DNA of 64,000 bases, taken from positions 1,408,001-1,472,000 of the forward strand of contig OZ242326.1 in NCBI GenBank assembly GCA_965208325.1. The letters run 5' to 3'. The translations under genes were made by a program, and so were the position numbers. The notes beneath the pieces were generated by a model. That model did not search any database and was not told where the DNA came from. It saw only the letters and a list, made by a program, of their open reading frames with translations. This DNA comes from Candidatus Poribacteria bacterium. GTDB taxonomy: Bacteria; Poribacteria; WGA-4E; PCPOR2b. Of the stretch, positions 31,233 through 40,524 are shown piece by piece (the first letter of the stretch is position 1; each line of letters opens with the position of its first letter).

Positions 31233-31631
31233 ATGCCTTAGCGAAAAAAATTCGGGTGTGGCTGCACCTATCGCAGCGGGTCACCTTGCCCCAACGCACC
31301 GATGATAAGCGAGGCGTCTTGCCCTACATTCCTTATGAATCATCGAATCACGGCGCGGATAAAGAGTTACTCCGCAAAAAAATATTTCCGAGCGTGTTCC
31401 ATCTTCAATCCAAACAATAAACAGTTGAAAACCTCGGCTGCCGCGTGTAAAATGAATAGGACCAATCATTGATTCCACGCACGATTAAGGTCTAATGTGA
31501 TCGGCAAATTACGATAGCATCGCAGTAATTATTTTACTCCAAGAAACTCTAAAGGAGTTGAAAAGAAATTAAACAACCTCATCCAAATTAGACCCACACC
31601 ACCCAGAATGGTTGACATCAGGAGGTTTAAA

Positions 31632-31958
31632 ATGGGAAAAATCAAACCGCATATTGAAATCACACCCGGAATTTGCGGCGGTAAACCTCGCATCGCCGGA
31701 CACCGGATTCGGGTGCAAGACATCGTGATATTGCACGATAAGATGGGCAAAGACCCATATGAGATTGCCAATGACTATCCTTCCATTACATTGGCCGATG
31801 TCTATGCCGCACTGGTTTATTATTTGGACAACCTAGAAGAAATTCGCCAAGACATTGTAGAGTCGGAGAGATTAGAGGATGAGATGAGTGCCAAGACCCG
31901 TTCCCCACTGATGCAGAAAATCAAGGAATGGAATCAAAATCATGCCTCAAACGATTAA
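31632..31958 (+). CDS. DUF433 domain protein (putative antitoxin)
   Basis: IEITPGICGGKPRIAGHRIRVQDIV...EIANDYPSITLADVYAALVYY; ATG after AGGAGG. Confidence 0.9.
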   Translation: MGKIKPHIEITPGICGGKPRIAGHRIRVQDIVILHDKMGKDPYEIANDYPSITLADVYAALVYYLDNLEEIRQDIVESERLEDEMSAKTRSPLMQKIKEWNQNHASND

Positions 31959-32022
31959 ATTCCGCCACGATGAGGATGTTAATGCGGGGAGTCAAAGAAG
32001 ATTGTGGGTGTCGTTTACCTAG
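31942..32022 (+). pseudogene. Truncated DUF5615 (PIN-like toxin) remnant
   Basis: Overlaps the DUF433 stop; MPQTIKFRHDEDVNAG resembles the (I/L)xFxLDE N-terminus of the usual DUF433 partner; stops after 26 codons. Confidence 0.55.
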
Positions 32023-32093
32023 ACAAGAAACTAGAATTGAAAAAGATGGTAGAATTGCCTTTTAATCCGTTTTGGAATTGATTGATGGACAGG

Positions 32094-35000
32094 TCAATCC
32101 GCAAGCAGCGTTTGAATCTGAGCCTCGAGATCATGCCCCGAAGCACGCCCGGCAATCTCTCCCGCAGCGTTAATTAGGAGGAACGGATATCGCCCGATGG
32201 CGTATTGATCAGATGTCTCGCCTTTCGCGCCGACGACCGCTGTTGGGCGGTCTAAGCCGACTGAGTACGACATCGACTGTTCCGCGATGCGTCGTTCGAC
32301 CCTCTCGCCCATTTCTGTAGCCGGACAAATTGCGAGGCAGACAATCCCTTTTTCTCCATACGCCTCCTGCAAGAGATTCAATAGCCGTACCCATTGGACA
32401 CGGTCGTCGACGTAATTTAAATCCCAGAAATACACGATAATGGTCTTTCCTTTCAACTGTCCGATGGATGCGGGCGGACCGGACAGCCACTCTGCAACCG
32501 CCAAATCGGGTGCAGGTTGGCCCACCAAGGATTTGAATCGTTCGTGAGCTGCTTCGTAATATGACCATTGCGCCTCTTGCTGTGCTTGCTGCTCTGGAGC
32601 TGTTTCGGGTCGCGGTTCGTTGGGCGTCAGTGTCAAGACCAGATCACGCTGATTCACCGCGATACGGTCAAAACTTTTGTAATCCTGATCGGTACGGATT
32701 GCGATTGACACGAACGGGTCATTGATATGCTTTAGCTCAAACGCGCCCTGTGAGTTGGTGTAAACGGCATGAAATAGTTGACCGGTAGTGTAATCTTCTT
32801 GGGGTTCTACCGTCACGCTCACGTTCTCAATCGGGCTGCCTTTTGTGTCCACGACTTTCCCAGCGATATAACCGACCGCTTTGACTAGTACCAGGTCGTG
32901 CCGCTGGTTGGTTTTCAGAATCCTAAATGTATGGAATGCGTACTCCGGGTGGTTAATATGCAGTTGCATGACGACAGCCATGGAAAGATTGTTTAACCGA
33001 TAATCGCCGCTGTCGTCAGTTTGTGTCATCCAGTGTTGCGACCGGTGGTTTGTTTCGAGGTATGCGCCGCCGACCGGCTCCCCAGTATTGTCGGTAACGC
33101 GTCCCTCTATGAAATACGGGTCGGTCGGAGCTGGCAGCAGGATGAGATCCGATACTTGCGTCATCTGCGAATCAGGGGTAAACATTCCGGTTTCGGCTGG
33201 CAAATATCCGTCTGCGTCCGCACGTATGACATACTCATCTCCCACGATTAATTCAATATCCCGGAAGCGTCCACCACCATCTGTCACCGTGACTGTCGAA
33301 CCGAGCCTTGGGTCATCCTGCCCGTCCCACTGGTGCATTAGAAAAACATTTACCGACGGGATGGGTTCGCCGCGGCGGTTAAGCACACGCCCGGAGACCT
33401 TTACTCGATCGTAACGTTCCATCTGGATTTCAACCGATGCACCTGGCTGCACTTCAACCTCGGCCTTCCCGCGTAATCCCAATTTGCTGTGTTCCGCTTT
33501 GAGGACGAGTTTACGTCCGGCCTCCAGTCCAGCCACGGTGAATTCACCCTGTTCGTCAGTTTTGTTGCCGTACTCCCTGAACCAATCTGACACGTCGGTA
33601 ATATTCGTAATTTTCGCCCCTGAGACAGGTTTACCCGCCGATGTCAAAGCTCGGCCGCGCAGTTCAATCCCTTTCGAGAACTGAAAATCAGCCGTGACCG
33701 TCTCAGATTCGACGACAACCACCTGTTTACTAACTAGTCGAATACCCCCCAGATAACCATTCGGTGCACTGGTGTAGACAAGGGCACTACCAGGTGCGGC
33801 ACGGAGGCGATAGACGCCGGTTTCATCTGTGTGCGTCCCGTGAACCGATGCTTGGGATTGCGGCCGAGCGGCGTCGTGAAAGCTGATATGGTGGTTTGCG
33901 ATGGGATCGCCTGTGTCTCGGTCGGTCACGCGTCCGGTGATAAACCCACCCTGTACCAAGATTAGGTCTACCCCAGATACGGTTTGACCCTCTACGACCA
34001 CAATGTGTTCTTTTGCTACTGCTGTCCACCCGTCAGGTCCCTCATGAAGAAAGAGGTTGTACGTACCGGGAGCGATGTTTTTCAGAAGGTATTTCCCGTT
34101 TGCATCAGTATTTGTTCGCCCCCATCCGTCCGTAGGATGGATACCCTCAAGCAAGACCGCCGCGTTTTTGACAGGCTCGCCGGTACCTGCGAAGCTGAGG
34201 TTTCCCTCAACCCTGCCCTCGCGCTTCAGTCGAAACTCTAGCCCCATTGTACCGACCGCCACACTGAAATGCAGTTCCATTGCATATCCTGGTCCCTGGG
34301 TCACAAGATTCGTTGTCGCACCTAACGGAAGTCCGCGGAGCACAAACTCCCCGTCCGCGTTCGTTTTAGCGGGTGAAATGGGCATAGCGTCGATTCCCAA
34401 CCCTACTCCGTGTTCTCCCGTTGTCAAGTCGACAGTGACCAAGTATTGAATGCGCGCCTCCGCGTTTTCAATCGGCTCGCCTGCTTCATTCAGAATTTTG
34501 CCTGAGATAATCGCAGGCGCTCCGAGTTGAATCTCAACATCAGACGTGCTCTCGGGTTGGAGCTCCTGCCAACCGATTGCATGATTGGGGTGCATTGCGA
34601 TTATGTGCACACGATCCCGTTTTTTGGGTTCGGGACGAAGAAACTCAAAACTGAACGCCCCATCCGCCCCCGTACGGGTGACAGACTTGGACGGTTTGAG
34701 CCTCATTGAGTAAAACACCTCGGCATCTGCTACCGGCGCGCCGCCGCTGTCAACGACCCGACCGGAGTAGACAAGTTTTTCGCCCTCGTTTCCCGCTGCA
34801 GTTGCCGCGAGTTTCGGCACGGTATTCTTCCCACCGCGGTTCGTCGAACTCAATCTTATGTCATTTGATTGGGTGATTTGCCGTGTGGGTGCGCGGTTGG
34901 CGGTAGCCAGCGGGTGCTTTCCCGAAGGGGTTGGAATACCTGAAACCGAGGTACTCGCTGCGTATTGATCCGGTGTGTAAAACGCCGCCTCAATTGGCCA

Positions 35001-35783
35001 TCGGGTCGCATCTGACCGCGTCGGCCAAAGCTGGTTTCCTGACAACTCTGTTGATGTGTGGATTCGTCCTCCAATCAATCCAATTAAGACGCACAATGCC
35101 GTAATTAGCGAAAATAGAGTTTTGCTCACCGTTGTGCTGCTCCAAGTGAAAGCCATAGCTGGTGTTGGGATGCGGCGAATTTGCTCCGTTAACTGCATGA
35201 GAAACCCTCCTTTGAGTGTGTGGCTCTTCAAGTATCTGCCGTATCGTACAGACATCGCGCTGCCGAGTTGCTGGCGCGCCCTATACAACTTACCCTTTAC
35301 GGTGTTCGCGGAGACACCGAGAAATTCCGAGATTTCTTTCAGCGAGCATTCGCCCATATAAAACATCGCCACCGCCACCCGATTATCATCGGAGAGCGCA
35401 GAGATTGCCTGTTCAAGGTCAATCTCCCAGCCCGGTGTGGGGACAGTGTGCGCGGGTTCAACCTGCAGGGCATCGTCCGCAGCGTCCTCTAGCGCAATTT
35501 CACGCTGCCGTTTTTTGGATACCCGTTTCAGCCATCGGTTGCACTCGTTCGCCATGATTGTATACAGCCAACTTCGGAACCGGTGCGGATGCCGCAGTTG
35601 ATAGAGGTGACGGTACGCCCGCAGGAAGACCTCTTGGGAGATGTCCTGCGAATCGGCTTCGTTCCTCACCCTTTGGAATGCGTAGGTGTAGACCACGCCC
35701 TGGTACTTGCGCACGAGCACGCCGAATGCGTCTCGATCGCCCGCAAGAGTCTGAGACACCAATTTTTCGTCGGATGAATACAT
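32094..35783 (-). CDS. ECF sigma factor fused to a TM helix, 8 carboxypeptidase-regulatory-like repeats and a thioredoxin-like domain (paralog 3)
   Basis: Collinear with paralog 1 over its full length; TM TLFSLITALCVLIGLIG; APDL..KGKTIIVYFW. Confidence 0.9.
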   Translation of the reverse strand: MYSSDEKLVSQTLAGDRDAFGVLVRKYQGVVYTYAFQRVRNEADSQDISQEVFLRAYRHLYQLRHPHRFRSWLYTIMANECNRWLKRVSKKRQREIALEDAADDALQVEPAHTVPTPGWEIDLEQAISALSDDNRVAVAMFYMGECSLKEISEFLGVSANTVKGKLYRARQQLGSAMSVRYGRYLKSHTLKGGFLMQLTEQIRRIPTPAMAFTWSSTTVSKTLFSLITALCVLIGLIGGRIHTSTELSGNQLWPTRSDATRWPIEAAFYTPDQYAASTSVSGIPTPSGKHPLATANRAPTRQITQSNDIRLSSTNRGGKNTVPKLAATAAGNEGEKLVYSGRVVDSGGAPVADAEVFYSMRLKPSKSVTRTGADGAFSFEFLRPEPKKRDRVHIIAMHPNHAIGWQELQPESTSDVEIQLGAPAIISGKILNEAGEPIENAEARIQYLVTVDLTTGEHGVGLGIDAMPISPAKTNADGEFVLRGLPLGATTNLVTQGPGYAMELHFSVAVGTMGLEFRLKREGRVEGNLSFAGTGEPVKNAAVLLEGIHPTDGWGRTNTDANGKYLLKNIAPGTYNLFLHEGPDGWTAVAKEHIVVVEGQTVSGVDLILVQGGFITGRVTDRDTGDPIANHHISFHDAARPQSQASVHGTHTDETGVYRLRAAPGSALVYTSAPNGYLGGIRLVSKQVVVVESETVTADFQFSKGIELRGRALTSAGKPVSGAKITNITDVSDWFREYGNKTDEQGEFTVAGLEAGRKLVLKAEHSKLGLRGKAEVEVQPGASVEIQMERYDRVKVSGRVLNRRGEPIPSVNVFLMHQWDGQDDPRLGSTVTVTDGGGRFRDIELIVGDEYVIRADADGYLPAETGMFTPDSQMTQVSDLILLPAPTDPYFIEGRVTDNTGEPVGGAYLETNHRSQHWMTQTDDSGDYRLNNLSMAVVMQLHINHPEYAFHTFRILKTNQRHDLVLVKAVGYIAGKVVDTKGSPIENVSVTVEPQEDYTTGQLFHAVYTNSQGAFELKHINDPFVSIAIRTDQDYKSFDRIAVNQRDLVLTLTPNEPRPETAPEQQAQQEAQWSYYEAAHERFKSLVGQPAPDLAVAEWLSGPPASIGQLKGKTIIVYFWDLNYVDDRVQWVRLLNLLQEAYGEKGIVCLAICPATEMGERVERRIAEQSMSYSVGLDRPTAVVGAKGETSDQYAIGRYPFLLINAAGEIAGRASGHDLEAQIQTLLAD

Positions 35784-35848
35784 AACACCCACCTATCCAA
35801 AACAGGAGAAAAATCAGCGCCGCAATGAAAATGGGCGCAACTATTATC

Positions 35849-35874
35849 TAGACACACTTCGTGGATTGGAGGTT
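35849..35874 (-). promoter_or_regulatory. Putative ECF sigma-dependent promoter (AAC-N18-GTCTA)
   Basis: Minus strand atAACctccaatccacgaagtgtGTCTAg. Confidence 0.7.
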
Positions 35875-36206
35875 ATGCTGGATAGAAAAAAAATTTGGCG
35901 GGCAATCTCCGCACAGGCGGATCATCTGTCATTAGACGTTGAAACCTGATTGGAAACTTGAAGGAGTATCCTAATTTGAGCAATGGTTCTTGAAAGTGCC
36001 AGTAAATGACAAGGGCGTTTACGTTCATTCTCACCGGGAGCGGGGAAATTTGCCGCGCGAGAGATGATTGCAGCCCATCATTGCGAAGACTGAAGAAGCC
36101 AAGGTGTGCGGCAGCATTTCATGCTCGGAGCGTTTTATTCAACGGTTGGAGAGTTTTTAATTCTCTCCAACCGAAATTTGAAGGAATAGGACTATGCGCA
36201 GCAACT

Positions 36207-37043
36207 TTACGCTGGAAGCTGAACCCAAGCCGTAACATGCGGCGGCAAGATGAGCGGACGTTTCGACGCAACAACTTCCGCCCTAAGCCGCTCGCCAAGC
36301 GTGTCCAAATCGACCTCTTGAGCGGTTGCGATTCCGTAGGCTTCCAAGAGCGGGATGAGGCTGCGAAAACCGTGCGCTATGAATTGGTAACCCGCCCAAG
36401 CGGCTGGACCGCCAACCGGAGCCGAATATTGTAATGTGGGTTCAGGCAGGCCGGCATCAACAAACGTGCCGTATAGGTCAAGACCCATGCCAACATTGGC
36501 GCCTGAGCGGCGGAAAACCTCTATCCCCCACTCCGCTAACTGGTTCAGTAATGGGGTAGTTGGGCGGGCAGTTGCCTTATAGGTCGAGAACTCAACCTCC
36601 TGAAATGCGACGATGCCACCCGGGCGCACACGCGCCGCGAGCTGCTTCAACGTATCTACTGGGTCAGCCAGATACATCAGTACCAAGCGTCCAATTAGGG
36701 CGTCGAAATCGCTCGGCAAGTCCAGAGTTTGGGCATCCCCCGCCACGAATTGGATGTTTGCCAAGCCGGCTTCCTGTGCCCGCGATTTGGCAGTTTCGAG
36801 AATCTCCGCGTTCATGTCAACGCCGACAACCTCCCCCTCACTGCCGACTAACTCGGCGGCGGCGAACGCTACATCTCCCGCACCGCTGCCGATATCAAGC
36901 ACTTTCATCCCCGTAAAAAGACCGGCATCCCTGAGAAGGCGCCGGGTTATGTCTTCATACAGTCCCGACTGCTGGATTAACCGCTCGGTCTCTTCCTTGC
37001 TGCGCCCCATGGTATACGTCATCTCTCTATTTGTGTTGCTCAT
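36207..37043 (-). CDS. Class I SAM-dependent methyltransferase
   Basis: VLDIGSGAGDV, VVGVD, FDALIGR, VRPGG. Confidence 0.9.
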   Translation of the reverse strand: MSNTNREMTYTMGRSKEETERLIQQSGLYEDITRRLLRDAGLFTGMKVLDIGSGAGDVAFAAAELVGSEGEVVGVDMNAEILETAKSRAQEAGLANIQFVAGDAQTLDLPSDFDALIGRLVLMYLADPVDTLKQLAARVRPGGIVAFQEVEFSTYKATARPTTPLLNQLAEWGIEVFRRSGANVGMGLDLYGTFVDAGLPEPTLQYSAPVGGPAAWAGYQFIAHGFRSLIPLLEAYGIATAQEVDLDTLGERLRAEVVASKRPLILPPHVTAWVQLPA

Positions 37044-37102
37044 ATAAATATATCCCCCTTGAGTTAATGGAAAAAGTGAACAAGATAGCTTAGACTCGGT
37101 GA

Positions 37103-38326
37103 TTACGGTTCAATCAATTTGTGGAACAGTATTTCGCCATCAACGATGCGTTTTATGACGACGCTTTTCGATGTGTGCCGGTTTTCGTCGTAGCCAGAGA
37201 TGAAGGTTGCTCCACTGTAATTCTCCGTGGCTGCAATCTGGTCGCGGATCATCGACGGTGTCAGATCGTCCGTACGGCGCATGGCGAGCGCGACCAGCCT
37301 GATGGCATCATATCCGCCCGCTGCGCCTCCATCGGGCGTTTCATCAAACATTGCGGTGTACGCAGCCACGAATTGGTAGGCATCTTCGCCCAAATCACTC
37401 GGTTCCGCCTCGGCGGAAAAACCGCTGCTATAGAAACTCCCGTCAACAGCCGCTCCGGCTGTGGCAATCAACGCGGTGTTGTCCCAGCTATCGCCGCCCA
37501 AGAAGATTGCCGTTATACCAAACTCATCCTTTGCTTGCCGAACTGCGAGCGGGACTTCAGGGATGAAGCCGGTGCTAAAAACCACGTCCGGTGACGCATC
37601 GGCAATTGCGGTTAGTTGCGCGGTGAAATCGGAAGTTCCTGCCGTGTAAAATTCATTAGCCGCAATCACGCCGCCCTGAGCGGTAAAGTTGTCAATGAAG
37701 GTTTGCGACAATCCCTCCGAATAAACATCTTCCCAGTGCGTCAGCACCGCCGCGGTGTTTGCCTGTAAATCTTGCATGGCAAACTGAGCCATCACCTTCC
37801 CTTGGAAATCGTCTGTGAAAGCCGCCATGAACACAAAATCACCCGCAGCCGCAACCGCCGGATTGGTCGCGGAGGTTGCCATCATCGGTATCGAGTTGCG
37901 CTGCGCAATTTCCCCGACCACCACGGCGTAGGTAGATCGGTTCGGGCCGACAATTGCAGAAACGCCCTCATCGAAAATCAGTTCTTCCGCAAGCGCTGCA
38001 ACATATTCGGTGTCGTTTATATCCTCGCTAATGAGGCGCTGTGTCGGAATGTCACGAGGAACGAGTTGAATTGGTGTGCCCCGAACGCCGCCCGACTCGT
38101 TCAGTTGCAGCGTTGCTAATTCCGCACCGTATCGGCTGTTATTTCGGTTTGGCGAGGTGTACAAGAATCCAATTTTAATCGCAGATTCTCCGTCATCCGG
38201 GGGCGGAGGCGTAAGCAATTCTTGGAACTGCTCGCAACCCGCAAACAGGGTGCTCATTAAGATTAATGGAATCAAAAACCGACTATTTAATCTGGATGCA
38301 GTCAGTCGGCTGCGTCGATCTGTCAT
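37103..38326 (-). CDS. Branched-chain amino acid ABC-type substrate-binding lipoprotein (LivJ/LivK-like)
   Basis: Lipobox LFAGC; AIVGP, SATNP, TDDFQG, DFTAQL, LGGDSWD, GYDA. Confidence 0.88.
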   Translation of the reverse strand: MTDRRSRLTASRLNSRFLIPLILMSTLFAGCEQFQELLTPPPPDDGESAIKIGFLYTSPNRNNSRYGAELATLQLNESGGVRGTPIQLVPRDIPTQRLISEDINDTEYVAALAEELIFDEGVSAIVGPNRSTYAVVVGEIAQRNSIPMMATSATNPAVAAAGDFVFMAAFTDDFQGKVMAQFAMQDLQANTAAVLTHWEDVYSEGLSQTFIDNFTAQGGVIAANEFYTAGTSDFTAQLTAIADASPDVVFSTGFIPEVPLAVRQAKDEFGITAIFLGGDSWDNTALIATAGAAVDGSFYSSGFSAEAEPSDLGEDAYQFVAAYTAMFDETPDGGAAGGYDAIRLVALAMRRTDDLTPSMIRDQIAATENYSGATFISGYDENRHTSKSVVIKRIVDGEILFHKLIEP

Positions 38327-38343
38327 TCAAGTTCTCCTTGCCG

Positions 38344-39564
38344 TTACGGCTCAATCAGTTTATGGAACTGCGCTTCGCCGTTGACGATGCGGTTAATCAC
38401 GGCACTCTTGTTCGCGTGACGGTTTTCATCATAGGCTGAGAGCAAAGTTGCCCCGCTGTAGTTCTCGGTTGCGGCAATCTGGTCGCGAATCGCCGTTGGT
38501 GTCAACTCGTCCGCACGCCGCATGGCTTGAACGACAATCCTGAGCGCATCGTATCCGAGCGCCGCGCCCCCGTCCGGCGCCTTTCCGAAGATTGCCGCGT
38601 AGGCGGTAAAGAATTGATGCCCCTCTTCACTCAAATCGCCGGCGGAGGCATTGGCGGAAAAGAAGGTTGAGAAAAAACTCCCTTCAAGCAGTTCTGCGTT
38701 ATCGGCTATTAACGACGCATTATCCCAACTATCGCCGCCGAGTAATATCCCCGTAATGCCGAGCGCTCTCGATTGATCGACCACCAATGGGATTTCTGCG
38801 GAGAATCCAGGCAGGAAAAAGACATCCGGGGCGGATTCAGCGATTTCGATCAATTGCGCCGTATAATCTGTGTCGCCCCTCATGTAAAATTGCGTGTGCA
38901 GCACATTGCCCCCAAATGCTGTAAAGTTGTCGACGAAAGTTTGCGATAAGCCTTCCGAATAGAGGGAGCCGCTGCGCGTAAAGACTGCGGCGGTTTTTGC
39001 CTCCAAGTCTTGGATGGCAAATTGAGCCATGACTTTTCCCTGAAAATCGTCAGTGAAAGCCGCCATAAACACAAAATCGCCCGCAGCGGTAACACTTGGA
39101 TTGGTCGCGGTAGTCGTCACCATCGGTATCCCGTGCAGTTGAGCAATCACTCCAATGGGTACAGCGTAAGAAGAGAGATTGGGACCGACAATTGCTGACA
39201 CCCTCTCTTGAGTAATCAACTCCTCCGCTATCGCAGCGGCATGTTCGGCGTCGTTGATGTTCCCGCGCGCAACAATTGCAATTTCCTGTCCGTGCACGCC
39301 GCCCGCACCGTTCACTTGCAGCGCCGCCAATTCCGCGCCGTTCAATGTGTGGCTGCGCGTTGGGCTGCTGTAAATTACGCCGATTTTGATTGGAGCGTCG
39401 TCATCAGTCTCTGGTAACGGCGTTAGCACATGTTGAAATTGCTCGCAACCGGTAAGCTGCATAAAGATGCCGATCGCTAAGATGAAGAACACCGCAGTAT
39501 AAGAAAAATACGCCAAATCCTTGTGGCAACGTATCACAGTTTTATTTGCTCCTTGAAATGTCAA
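38344..39564 (-). CDS. Branched-chain amino acid ABC-type substrate-binding lipoprotein, tandem paralog
   Basis: LTGC lipobox; shares AAGDFVFMAAFTDDFQGKVMAQFA and FHKLIEP with its neighbour; start uncertain. Confidence 0.87.
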   Translation of the reverse strand: MTFQGANKTVIRCHKDLAYFSYTAVFFILAIGIFMQLTGCEQFQHVLTPLPETDDDAPIKIGVIYSSPTRSHTLNGAELAALQVNGAGGVHGQEIAIVARGNINDAEHAAAIAEELITQERVSAIVGPNLSSYAVPIGVIAQLHGIPMVTTTATNPSVTAAGDFVFMAAFTDDFQGKVMAQFAIQDLEAKTAAVFTRSGSLYSEGLSQTFVDNFTAFGGNVLHTQFYMRGDTDYTAQLIEIAESAPDVFFLPGFSAEIPLVVDQSRALGITGILLGGDSWDNASLIADNAELLEGSFFSTFFSANASAGDLSEEGHQFFTAYAAIFGKAPDGGAALGYDALRIVVQAMRRADELTPTAIRDQIAATENYSGATLLSAYDENRHANKSAVINRIVNGEAQFHKLIEP

Positions 39565-39590
39565 CGAATCTCCCCTTTTACAGTTTGTCT

Positions 39591-39620
39591 ATCCAGTTTC
39601 AATCGATCCAGTTTCAATCG
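39591..39620. repeat. 15-bp tandem duplication ATCCAGTTTCAATCG x2
   Basis: Perfect direct repeat in the intergenic region; partial third copy ccagtttca near 39644. Confidence 0.7.
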
Positions 39621-39657
39621 ATTGCAATATCATCGAATATGGGCCAGTTTCATTGGG

Positions 39658-40524
39658 TTATCTAAAAACAACGTTAATCCGCAAATCAACGGATTGGCTT
39701 ACCAAATCCGACGTAACTTCCACGCCTAAATCGGGAAACGGCGTAATCCATTTTGCTTTCGTAAAGCTAGTGTAGCGCCCTTCAACTTCAAGCCAACAGT
39801 CGTCCCACATTTTCTTCTCCACACCGACACCGCTCGTCCATGCTGTGGAATAAAAATCCTTGGATGCCCTACCGGATTCATAGCCGCCAATGCCGCAAGG
39901 CTCCGGATTGAAACACCCGTTGTAGTAGGCATCAAGTCGTGATTTCGCGAGGCGGACGCCTGCAAGTACGTAAATGCCGCCCTTCCACGCCCGCAGCGTT
40001 CCGGGACTAGCGCCTAGCTTTAGCGCCAGCCCGAAGCTATTAGTCCTTTGAAACGTCCACTGCTCGGACCAACTCTCCCCAAGTTGGTTTGGGGCTTCGG
40101 ATGTTCCCTCCTCCTCAATATTTCCGTAAACGCTGCCGCCGTGGAACAGGTAGTCCAATTCGCCGCTGAAGAAAAAAACGTCCTTACCGAATGGTATGCG
40201 ATAGCCGATCTGATATCCAAGTCCGTTAATGCCTCCAACCGTGTTCGATTCTGCACGATTTACTTTTCCCTTTTGAGTCGACACATTCTGCGGATGTGTA
40301 TTGTCGACAGTCTTGTTGTAATAGGCATCAATAAAGTCCCCTGCTGATATAAAACCGGCATAAGGACCTGCGTGTGGATGTGTAAACCCCAAGCACGAAA
40401 TTAACATGAAGCAGCAGAAAGTTCCGGTCAAAATGGTATGGGTCGAAAGGATGGAATGCCGCAAACTTGTTTTGTTTATCCCTTTATTCACATCAATCCC
40501 GTTCAAATTATGATTAAAACCCAT
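39658..40524 (-). CDS. Putative outer-membrane beta-barrel protein
   Basis: Amphipathic strands (GYQIGYRI, FFFSGELDY, WTSGVGVE, LEVEGRYT) ending VVFR; start uncertain. Confidence 0.65.
   Translation of the reverse strand: MGFNHNLNGIDVNKGINKTSLRHSILSTHTILTGTFCCFMLISCLGFTHPHAGPYAGFISAGDFIDAYYNKTVDNTHPQNVSTQKGKVNRAESNTVGGINGLGYQIGYRIPFGKDVFFFSGELDYLFHGGSVYGNIEEEGTSEAPNQLGESWSEQWTFQRTNSFGLALKLGASPGTLRAWKGGIYVLAGVRLAKSRLDAYYNGCFNPEPCGIGGYESGRASKDFYSTAWTSGVGVEKKMWDDCWLEVEGRYTSFTKAKWITPFPDLGVEVTSDLVSQSVDLRINVVFR

Noticed and set aside
36006..36434. 142-aa + strand ORF and the many other short antisense or overlapping ORFs in the track
   Set aside because: They overlap well-supported genes on other frames and show no recognisable motifs.
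39591..39652. GTTTCAATC-containing repeats resembling the start of a CRISPR repeat
   Set aside because: Only two abutting 15-bp copies and a fragment; no spacers, no regular period and no cas genes.
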